Assembly: GCA_041744215.1 (NCBI GenBank)
Contig: JBGTLG010000025.1
Location: forward strand, 32,001-96,000
DNA length: 64,000 bases
Direction of reading: 5' to 3'
Source of the DNA: Fimbriimonadales bacterium
GTDB lineage: Bacteria > Armatimonadota > Fimbriimonadia > Fimbriimonadales > ATM1
This document shows, piece by piece, positions 56,320-64,000 of this stretch (position 1 is its first letter; each line of letters starts with the position of its first letter). Made by a program: the position numbers and the translations under genes. Below the pieces are notes generated by a model, which had not been told where the DNA came from, searched no databases, and worked only from the letters and a program-made list of their open reading frames with translations.

Positions 56320-58926
56320 GTGATTGCATCAGTGTTTGCGATAATGTTGGGCCTCGGAGGGCAAGTCCCCTCCACGGCAGCTGTCGAATCGTTGGTCGTT
56401 CGCAGGGCGGGCGCGAGTTTCGAAGTTAGCCGCAACGATGGTACGCACGTTCGGACGACGAACGCGCGAGTGACGGACGGGCGATTGATCCGGCTCCCCG
56501 GTTCTTCCGGGATGGTGGCCGTCTGGAACGAGACGACCGGTCGGACGACGAAGCCTTTCTTTGGCGTTTCTCTGGACGGTGGCGAGTTCCAGCGCGTGAC
56601 TGAAGCGGACGTGAAGATCCGCCTGAAGTATGCGGAGTTCGATCCGCTGGTTGCGATTCCTGCTGTGCCGACTGACTTGAAGGCGACGTCTGCGTCGAGC
56701 ATGTACATCGTGCAGTTCGTTTCGCAGACCCTCGATGAGTATCGGGATGCTATTCGTAATGTCGGCGGCGAAGTTTTCAACTATCTTCCGAGCAATGCTT
56801 ACATTTGTAGGCTGACTGCGGAAGGCGCGGCATCATTGCGCAGCCAGCCGTTCGTGCGATGGGTTGGCAGCTATGAGCCTGCCTACCGTTTGGACGAGCA
56901 GCTTCGCGCTGCTCACTCGACCGGCAAGCTTCCATCGACCGCGCGCTACATCATTCAGATGCTTGGTGACGATTCAATTTTGAAGCGCCAGATCGCCATG
57001 CAGATCAGCAGTCTCGGCGGCATCGTTGAGAGTGCGCCTGACGAAGGAACTTTGCTCGAAGCGACACTCACTCCAACGCAGTTGATTGGCACGACGCACA
57101 TCGACGGCGTTATGTGGGTCGAAGCATGGGGCGAGCCATCTCATGACATGGACAACGTTCGAATCGTTAGCGGCGCGAACTACATCAATGGTTTTGGGAC
57201 GTTTCGCGGCCAGGGTGTGAATGCGCATATCATCGACGGCGGCGTGCGTGCAACGCACCAAGCGTTTGCGGGCAGACTGACAGTGCGCAGCAACAGCGGT
57301 TCGACGAGCCACGGCACAAGCACTGTTGGGTGCGTTGGCGGGAGTGGCGCGGCAAACGCTGCAGGCACGGGAATGATGCCGGACTGTGGCCTGGTTTTCT
57401 CGGTCTATTCGACCAGTTGGACAACGGCGCAGCGACTTGCGCTGACGCAAGCAACTGTGGATACGTTCCAGTGCGTTGTTGAATCCAACAGTTGGGGTAA
57501 CCCTCAGACGACAGAGTACACCGCGGTCTCGTCGCAGATGGATGAGATCATCTACAAGACTGGCCTCGTGATTCTGAATTCGCAGAGCAACACTAGCAAC
57601 CAGAACTCGCGGCCTCAAGCGTGGGCGAAGAACATCGTATCGATTGGCGGCATCAGCCACTTCAACAACTCAAACCTTGCTGATGATCAGTGGACTTCGG
57701 CGAGCATTGGCCCGGCGGCCGATCTCCGGATCAAGCCTGACCTGTCGTTCTACTACGATTCGATTCTTTGCACTTCAAGTGGATCCGACACTTCGTACAC
57801 TACGGGGTTTGGCGGTACCAGCGCTGCTACGCCGATGACGGCGGGCGCGTTTGGGCTGTTCCATGAGATGTGGCACAAGGGGCTGTTCAACAACTCTGCG
57901 ACAGGCGCGAGCGTGTTTGCAAATCGCCCTAAGGCGACAACTGCGAAGGCGTTGATGATCGCGTCGGCTCGCCAGTACACGTTCTCTGGAACGGGTCACA
58001 ACTTGTCGAGATACAAGCAAGGCTGGGGCCTGCCCAACTTGCAGAAGTTGTACGATATGCGCAACATGATGTTTTGGGACAACGAGTCCGAGCTCTTGCA
58101 AAACTTGGAGACCAAAGCATATCGACTGTACGTTCCACCAGGTCAACCGCAGTTGAATGTGGTCATGGCTTACAACGACTATTGGGGCACGACGTCTTCG
58201 ACGCTCCACCGAATCAATGCGATTGGCCTGAAGGTTACGGGCCCGACAGGAACCGTTTGGTACGGTAACAACGGTTTGGCTGCCGGTAACTTCAGTGCTT
58301 CAGGCGGAACTTGGAACATGGTTGACAACGTTCAGTGCGTGATCTTGAATGCGCCAGCATCGGGCGTTTATACCGTGGAGGTTCGCGCGAATGAGTTGAA
58401 CCAAGATGGCCACCCGGGCACGCCGGCCCTTGACTCATCGTTTGCGCTTGCCGCGTTCAACGTATCCCCATGGGCAACGCTTCAATCCGTAGTGACGAAC
58501 TGGGGCGTCGAGGTCGAAACGGGACTGAGTCGAGTCACGCATAGCGACAACCTTCGCTATCGCGTTCGTGAGGCTCCTGTTCTGGCTCTCGGAGCTCCAC
58601 AGGTCGACGTACTTGCTACGCTCGTCGCGCCGACTACCACTGGCAGCCAGCTCGACGTTGTCATCGAGCACCGTGCAAACTCGATTGGAATTCAGTCGAG
58701 GGTGGAAATCTGGAACGTGGCGCAAAACCGGTGGGACCTGCTGATGTCAGGTGCTGCTCCGACGACTGACACCGTCCAAACAGCGGTTGTGACGTCGAAC
58801 GTCAACGAGTATATCGATCCATCCAGCAGAGTGATCCGGGTCCGGAGTCGCTATTATGGCGACGTCGCCGTTTCCCTTGGCTGGGTTGCCGAGATCGACC
58901 AAATCAGAGTGGGATTCCAACCCTAA
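56320..58926 (+). CDS. Secreted S8 (subtilisin-family) serine peptidase with prodomain and C-terminal beta domains
   Basis: Catalytic triad IIDGG / SHGT / GGTSAATP; IKPDL; GGAGG RBS; upstream TTGGAT-N17-TAGACT. Confidence 0.92.
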   Translation: MIASVFAIMLGLGGQVPSTAAVESLVVRRAGASFEVSRNDGTHVRTTNARVTDGRLIRLPGSSGMVAVWNETTGRTTKPFFGVSLDGGEFQRVTEADVKIRLKYAEFDPLVAIPAVPTDLKATSASSMYIVQFVSQTLDEYRDAIRNVGGEVFNYLPSNAYICRLTAEGAASLRSQPFVRWVGSYEPAYRLDEQLRAAHSTGKLPSTARYIIQMLGDDSILKRQIAMQISSLGGIVESAPDEGTLLEATLTPTQLIGTTHIDGVMWVEAWGEPSHDMDNVRIVSGANYINGFGTFRGQGVNAHIIDGGVRATHQAFAGRLTVRSNSGSTSHGTSTVGCVGGSGAANAAGTGMMPDCGLVFSVYSTSWTTAQRLALTQATVDTFQCVVESNSWGNPQTTEYTAVSSQMDEIIYKTGLVILNSQSNTSNQNSRPQAWAKNIVSIGGISHFNNSNLADDQWTSASIGPAADLRIKPDLSFYYDSILCTSSGSDTSYTTGFGGTSAATPMTAGAFGLFHEMWHKGLFNNSATGASVFANRPKATTAKALMIASARQYTFSGTGHNLSRYKQGWGLPNLQKLYDMRNMMFWDNESELLQNLETKAYRLYVPPGQPQLNVVMAYNDYWGTTSSTLHRINAIGLKVTGPTGTVWYGNNGLAAGNFSASGGTWNMVDNVQCVILNAPASGVYTVEVRANELNQDGHPGTPALDSSFALAAFNVSPWATLQSVVTNWGVEVETGLSRVTHSDNLRYRVREAPVLALGAPQVDVLATLVAPTTTGSQLDVVIEHRANSIGIQSRVEIWNVAQNRWDLLMSGAAPTTDTVQTAVVTSNVNEYIDPSSRVIRVRSRYYGDVAVSLGWVAEIDQIRVGFQP

Positions 58927-58937
58927 CTCTGAACTCT

Positions 58938-58980
58938 TGCCGCCCGTGAGCACCTCACTCACGGGCGGCATTTTTCTTTT
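58938..58980 (+). terminator. Rho-independent terminator
   Basis: TGCCGCCCGTGAG-loop-CTCACGGGCGGCA then TTTTTCTTTT. Confidence 0.9.
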
Positions 58981-58999
58981 GCAGTAGACTCTTTAACGG

Positions 59000-60025
59000 A
59001 TGAAGGCGTTTCCGATCGGTCCACACACGATTGATCCGCCGGTGCTTCTTGCGCCGATGGAGGATGTTACCGGCGCAGCTTTTCGTCTTATCACCAAACG
59101 CATCGCGAATCCAGGGCTTGTCTTCACGGAGTTTGTCAGCGCGATGGCAATACACCACAACGCGCGCAAGACAATCAAAAAGATGGTCGTTCACGACGTG
59201 GAGCGGCCGGTGGGCATCCAGATTTTTGGCGGTGAACCGGAGACGATGGCAAACGCGGCGCGGCTGTCCGTTGAGATGGGTGCAGATTTAGTCGATATCA
59301 ACATGGGGTGCTGGGTTCCTAAAGTGTGCAAGACCGGTGCTGGGGCCGCGCTACTTAATGACCCAAGGGTTGCTGAGCAAATCGTTCAGGCCGTTGTCAA
59401 AGCCGTCGACGTGCCTGTAACGGTTAAGGTGCGTGCAGGCTACCACTACGACGCTTTCACCGCGCCAGAACTCGCGAAGCGTTTCGAGCAGGCCGGAGTG
59501 AAGATGCTGACGCTTCATGCGCGGTTCGCAAAGCAAGGATTCGACGGTGAGGCTGACTGGCGACTTATAAGTGCGTTGCGCGATTCTGTTTCCATTCCGC
59601 TGATTGGAAACGGCGATGTGCGCAGCCCAGACGACGCGTTCAAAATGTTTCGTGAGACAGGCTGCGACGGCGTGATGGTCGGTCGGGCGGCGATTGGAAA
59701 CCCCTGGGCACTTCGTGACATCGTCAACTCAATTCAGGGTCTCGCGAAGTCAGGCGCGCCATCGATCGATGAGCGCATAGACGTTGCACTTGAGCATGTA
59801 CGTTTGGCGATTCAATTCGAGTCTGAGGGCGACGCGAGCGGGAGTGCGCCGACCGAGCTCATTGCCATACGCAAGCTTCGCGGAGTTTTGCCGCTTTACA
59901 TAAAGGGTGAACCGGGAGCGCCTGCAGTAAGGAACCGACTGACGCGGGCTGAATCTTATGATGAGATCAAGCAGATACTGTTTGATTTTAGAGCGGACAC
60001 AGCATCCGATAAGATTTCGGCTTAG
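59000..60025 (+). CDS. dusB: tRNA-dihydrouridine synthase B
   Basis: LAPMEDVT, DINMGCW, GAGAALL, IGNGD, MVGRAAIGNPW. Confidence 0.93.
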   Translation: MKAFPIGPHTIDPPVLLAPMEDVTGAAFRLITKRIANPGLVFTEFVSAMAIHHNARKTIKKMVVHDVERPVGIQIFGGEPETMANAARLSVEMGADLVDINMGCWVPKVCKTGAGAALLNDPRVAEQIVQAVVKAVDVPVTVKVRAGYHYDAFTAPELAKRFEQAGVKMLTLHARFAKQGFDGEADWRLISALRDSVSIPLIGNGDVRSPDDAFKMFRETGCDGVMVGRAAIGNPWALRDIVNSIQGLAKSGAPSIDERIDVALEHVRLAIQFESEGDASGSAPTELIAIRKLRGVLPLYIKGEPGAPAVRNRLTRAESYDEIKQILFDFRADTASDKISA

Positions 60026-60028
60026 TGG

Positions 60029-61660
60029 TCAGAATAGCCCCGATATTTGGCCAGCGCCATCGACGTCGATTTTCAGTGTGGCTGGCTCGGAGCCCAGACC
60101 GGGCATGAGCAAGATGTCACCCGATTGCGCAACCAAGAATCCGGCGCCAGCAGAGAGCTTGATGTCTCGCAATCGAATGCGAAAGTTTTTTGGTGCGCCC
60201 TTGGCCCGCGGATCCGCGCAGAAACTATATTGCGTCTTCGCGATGCAAAACGGAATGTCGCCAAATCCATTTTCTTGAGCCCAGTCGAGATGTCGCTGCG
60301 CCTCTGGCGAAAGATCGACTCCGTCCCCTCCATACCCAGTGGAGACGATAGCCTCGAGTTTCTTGAGGGCATCGTCGGAAGGCTCATAGAGTCGGCGGAA
60401 AGATGCTGGTTCCTCTGCGGCTTTGGCTACCGCCTCGCCGAGCTCAATGCATCCCTCGCCTCCGCCAGCCCAAGGATCGGCGGGGATGCATACCACACCT
60501 TGTTGACTGTATCGCTCGATGATCTGATCGAAATCTGAGTCGGTGTCGTCTGGAAAACGATTGATCGTCACAACGAGCGGAACGCCGTAAGCTTTCAGGT
60601 GTTGGATGTGTTGCTTCACGTTGGCGAATCCCGCAACGAGATCTCCATCGCCATGATGCTTGATGGCGCGAACCGTAACTACGAGGATTACTGCATCGGG
60701 TCCGCGACCCAACGAGTGCGTTACGATGTTCATGAACTTCTCAGCACCGAGATCCGCTCCAAAGCCTGCTTCTGTTACGACGTAGTCCGACATCCCAAGC
60801 GCGCATTCTGTCGCTATAACCGATGAGCAACCATGTGCAATGTTTCCGAACGGACCACCATGCACGAATGCTGGCCCTCTCTCCATCGTCTGAACGAGGT
60901 TTGGTCGAATTGCATCGCGCAGTAGGGCTGCCATTGCGCCGTTAACTCCCAAGTCACGTGCTGTTACAGCCTTATTGGCAGGCGTAAGCCCTGCAATGAT
61001 ACTGCCAAGGCGTTCCCGCAACTCTTCAAGCGATTTTGAGAGGCAAAGCACAGCCATAACTTCGCTGGCTGGCGCGACTACAAATCCATCTTCCCGTGGG
61101 TAACCGTTGCTCTTGCCGCCCAGCCCAACAACAATGTCGCGCAAGGCGCGGTCGTTCATGTCAACCGTCCTGGGCCAAGAGATGTTTCGAACATCGAGGT
61201 CAGCTCGGTTCTTGTGCATGATCGAAGCGTCGATCATGGCGCTGAGCAGATTATGTGCGGCGCAGATGGCGGGAATATCGCCTGTGAAAAACAGATTGAT
61301 GTCCTGCATTGGAAGGACTTGACTGTATCCTCCGCCCGCTGCGCCTCCTTTAACTCCGAAGATCGGGCCGAGCGCAGGTTCGCGAATAGCTGGAACCGCT
61401 TTGTATCCAAGCTTCTGCAGCGCTTGCGCCGTTCCGATGCATGTTGTGGTCTTTCCTTCACCTGCGGGCGTCGGGGTCATTGCCGTCACGAGTATCAGCT
61501 TTCCCTGCTGTTGTGAGCGGAGTCTCGCCATTCCTTCGTAGGTTAGTTTTGCTTTGAAGTTTCCGAGTGGCTCGTAATCGCTTGTGTCGAGTCCACAAGT
61601 TTCTGCGATTTCGCTGATGGGCGAAAGCGTAGCCGCCTGAGCAATCTCCAGGTTTGTCAT
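60029..61660 (-). CDS. fhs: Formate--tetrahydrofolate ligase
   Basis: TPTPAGEGKTT, KGGAAGGGYSQV, HGGPFGNIAHG, TEAGFGADLGAEKF, AKTQYS. Confidence 0.97.
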   Translation of the reverse strand: MTNLEIAQAATLSPISEIAETCGLDTSDYEPLGNFKAKLTYEGMARLRSQQQGKLILVTAMTPTPAGEGKTTTCIGTAQALQKLGYKAVPAIREPALGPIFGVKGGAAGGGYSQVLPMQDINLFFTGDIPAICAAHNLLSAMIDASIMHKNRADLDVRNISWPRTVDMNDRALRDIVVGLGGKSNGYPREDGFVVAPASEVMAVLCLSKSLEELRERLGSIIAGLTPANKAVTARDLGVNGAMAALLRDAIRPNLVQTMERGPAFVHGGPFGNIAHGCSSVIATECALGMSDYVVTEAGFGADLGAEKFMNIVTHSLGRGPDAVILVVTVRAIKHHGDGDLVAGFANVKQHIQHLKAYGVPLVVTINRFPDDTDSDFDQIIERYSQQGVVCIPADPWAGGGEGCIELGEAVAKAAEEPASFRRLYEPSDDALKKLEAIVSTGYGGDGVDLSPEAQRHLDWAQENGFGDIPFCIAKTQYSFCADPRAKGAPKNFRIRLRDIKLSAGAGFLVAQSGDILLMPGLGSEPATLKIDVDGAGQISGLF

Positions 61661-62253
61661 AGCTGCCGACGATATTCAAATGCGCTCAGAAGCGTCGCTT
61701 GGTCTGCGAAATCCAAGTCACCGCCAACCGGCATTCCGTGTGCGAGTCGCGTAACCACTACTCCAAGCGGCTTGAGCAATTGAGCCAAATACAAAGCAGT
61801 TGCATCGCCTTCGATCGTAGGATTTGTCGCGATGATGACCTCGTTGACCGCTGCTTTTTCGAGCCTCGCAAGCAGTTCCCGAAGTTTTAGCCTTTCGGGT
61901 CCGACACCGTCCATCGGATCGAGCAAACCATGCAACACATGGTAGGTTCCTCGGAACTCGTGGAGTCTTTCGATTGCTGTGACGTCCTTCGCTTCTGCGA
62001 CGACGCAGATGGTGGCTGGGTCGCGCTGATGGTCCATGCAGATTTCGCAGGTTGGCGACTCACTAAAACCCTGACATGTTGCGCAGAGCGTCATTTTGTC
62101 GCGCGCGTCGCGTATGGCGTCCGCCAGTCGACGGACATCTTCCTCAGGTTGGCCGAGGATATAGTACGCGAGCCGCTGCGCAGATTTTGGCCCGACGCCT
62201 GGCAACTTCTCGAGTCGACTGATTAGGTTTGCAAGCGGCTTCGCAAAGAGCAT
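61657..62253 (-). CDS. recR: Recombination mediator RecR
   Basis: LPGVGPKSAQRLA, C4 zinc finger, ATNPTIEGDATA. Confidence 0.97.
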   Translation of the reverse strand: MLFAKPLANLISRLEKLPGVGPKSAQRLAYYILGQPEEDVRRLADAIRDARDKMTLCATCQGFSESPTCEICMDHQRDPATICVVAEAKDVTAIERLHEFRGTYHVLHGLLDPMDGVGPERLKLRELLARLEKAAVNEVIIATNPTIEGDATALYLAQLLKPLGVVVTRLAHGMPVGGDLDFADQATLLSAFEYRRQL

Positions 62254-62582
62254 TACATGCCCATGCCGGGCGGGAGCGGCAGGTTTCCAGTTATCTCTTG
62301 CATTTTTTGCTGTCGCACGTCGGCAGACTTAGCCTGCCCTTCTCGGATCGCGAGCAGGACAGCATCCTCAAGTGTCTCAATGTCGTCCTTGTCTACAAGC
62401 TCGCTGTCAATCTTTATCGACAGCAAGTCTCCTGCGCCATTGAACTTGACAGTCACGCCGGTCCGAACCGATTCAATTTCAAGCATTCGCAGCTCTTCTT
62501 CGAGATGCTTGGCGCGCTCCATCGCTTCTTGCGCTTGTTTCATTAGGGAGCCGAGATTGCCCATGCCCTTAGGAAGTTTCAT
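62253..62582 (-). CDS. ybaB: YbaB/EbfC nucleoid-associated protein
   Basis: LMKQAQ, DIETLEDAVLLA; dnaX-ybaB-recR synteny. Confidence 0.93.
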   Translation of the reverse strand: MKLPKGMGNLGSLMKQAQEAMERAKHLEEELRMLEIESVRTGVTVKFNGAGDLLSIKIDSELVDKDDIETLEDAVLLAIREGQAKSADVRQQKMQEITGNLPLPPGMGM

Positions 62583-62591
62583 TTGTTGAGA

Positions 62592-64000
62592 TTACTCCGG
62601 TTTCACTTGAAAAACGTCTTCTACCAGGCGGGCAAGCGCCTCGCCTTCCACAGGAGATTGTACCGAAGAGGGCTCCTCGGGAGAAGCCTGGTCTCCCATC
62701 AACTCAAATCGCATTTGACAGGATGGGTCCCCCGCAGCTTCTGCAAAATGCACCCGAATGACCTCTCGCAATTCGTCCTTTTGCTGGATGCGATCGTACT
62801 GGAACTTGCTCGTGATACCAACGACGATGACTTCCCCGTCTTTGCCAACGATATCGGTTGCATCAAGCATAGCACCCGCTGCTTTGTATCGTGTTCGAAT
62901 GCGATTGACTGCTTCAGCCCAGATTGGACGCAAAGCGACGGCATCGGCGTTAGCCGGAAGCGCAGGCTTTTGCCTCGCGGCTGGTTTTGCCGATCGCGCT
63001 GGTTCCTGTTGATTCGTTTGCGGAGCGGTATCGACGACGGCCTTGGTTTGTCGCGAAGGCTCCGCCTGCACTTTGCGCTCGGGAACGACCTGTGCAATGG
63101 GCGCTGCGTCTATGAGTCTTAGCAGCGAAACCTCCAACCAGAGTCTCGGCAAACTCGCTTGCCTGATTTCCTTGTGGGCTTCGGCGATCAGCGCGCGGAA
63201 CGAAACGAGCCGCTCCCTTCCGATCCTGACTGCGACGGCGTGATTTGCGGCTCGGCGCTCGGGATCTGCGCCTTCGGAGACATCGACTTCGTAGGCGGCA
63301 TAGGTCAACTCGCTCAACCGATAGAGAATGCTCTCGAGGATGCCGCGAGGATCCTTACCCCTTCGCACCGCCTCATCTGCGACGAGAATCACCGTCCCCA
63401 CGTCGCCTTCAACGGCGGCAATGAGCATCTTGTCGACCTGCTCGTCGTCGACAAAGCCAAGTTGGTCGACGACGCCTGCGACGGTGATGTTTTGATCCGA
63501 GCGTATCATCGCCTGCTCAAGGAGCGTGAGCGCGTCTCGGAAGCCACCATCTGCCATCCTTGCGATTGCGACTATGGCCGCTTTCTCCGCTTGAATCGAC
63601 TCCTGTTCGCAAACGTATTCGAGCCGTCCGACGAGATCTCTGACGGATCCTCTATGAAACTCGTACTTCTGGCATCGAGAGCGGATTGTTGTGGGGACCT
63701 TGGAGTACTCGGTTGTCGCAAGGATGAAGATGACGTGCGGCGGAGGCTCTTCGATTGTCTTCAGCAACGCGTCGAATGCTTTCGTGGAGAGGTCGTGGAC
63801 TTCGTCGATGATATAGACCTTGTATCGTGCCTCCATCGGTGCGTAGCGTGATCCTTCGACGATGTGGTTTCGGACATCCTCGACACCGGACTCGCTGGCC
63901 GCGTCGAGCTCGATGACGTCTCCGCCTTGACCCGACATGACGGCAAGGCACATTGCGCACTCGTTGCACGGTTTGGCGGTCGGGCCTGTCTGGCAATTCA
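62592..64000 (-). CDS. dnaX: DNA polymerase III gamma/tau subunit (5' end outside the window)
   Basis: PCNEC..C, ELDAAS, IIDEVH, LLKTIEEPP, SRCQ; frame open to the window edge. Confidence 0.97.
   Translation of the reverse strand, partial: NCQTGPTAKPCNECAMCLAVMSGQGGDVIELDAASESGVEDVRNHIVEGSRYAPMEARYKVYIIDEVHDLSTKAFDALLKTIEEPPPHVIFILATTEYSKVPTTIRSRCQKYEFHRGSVRDLVGRLEYVCEQESIQAEKAAIVAIARMADGGFRDALTLLEQAMIRSDQNITVAGVVDQLGFVDDEQVDKMLIAAVEGDVGTVILVADEAVRRGKDPRGILESILYRLSELTYAAYEVDVSEGADPERRAANHAVAVRIGRERLVSFRALIAEAHKEIRQASLPRLWLEVSLLRLIDAAPIAQVVPERKVQAEPSRQTKAVVDTAPQTNQQEPARSAKPAARQKPALPANADAVALRPIWAEAVNRIRTRYKAAGAMLDATDIVGKDGEVIVVGITSKFQYDRIQQKDELREVIRVHFAEAAGDPSCQMRFELMGDQASPEEPSSVQSPVEGEALARLVEDVFQVKPE

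Noticed and set aside
54384-56780. Long antisense ORFs (406 and 386 aa), and similar shadows such as 51132-52097 and 39085-40032
   Set aside because: They lie opposite well-supported genes, have no recognisable motifs, and are explained by GC-rich or skewed codon usage
62592-64000. Programmed -1 frameshift in dnaX
   Set aside because: No A_AAA_AAG slippery site or long A/T run seen in the visible part

Overview
A 64-kb bacterial chromosomal window, GC-rich by eye. It is probably Armatimonadota (Fimbriimonadia-like); this is inferred from the PEP-CTERM proteins, the orphan prepilin-type protein and the gene order, not from a marker search. Most of it is housekeeping or transport: thrS, rplT-pheST, infC-rpmI, a molybdate/tungstate ABC transporter, a peptide ABC transporter, aroF, mgtE, an E2 acyltransferase, mqnC, tRNA-Asp and tRNA-Phe, acs-coaD-yceD-plsX-fabH, rnj, dusB, fhs, recR-ybaB-dnaX. 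Two accessory patches stand out. (1) At 52.2-54.5 kb there is a LolA-like gene bracketed by hairpin-forming direct repeats, a 62-bp tandem repeat, and a ~132-bp-period array of three [conserved promoter-like block + variable segment + terminator hairpin] units resembling sibling small-RNA genes. These are followed by a small ORF and a solo ThsB-like TIR gene. (2) At 8.67-11.06 kb a four-gene cassette (14-Cys secreted protein, 4-TM protein, prepilin-type protein, YciI) lies between 74-bp imperfect direct repeats, directly after thrS where infC normally sits. Also found: a candidate 6S-like ~195-nt rod RNA divergent from rnj, a DUF3494 ice-binding/PEP-CTERM gene split by a +1 frameshift, an ATT start on infC, two small ORFs missing from the ORF track, and many leaderless-type promoters. 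All family assignments come from motif recognition by eye; no database searches were run.
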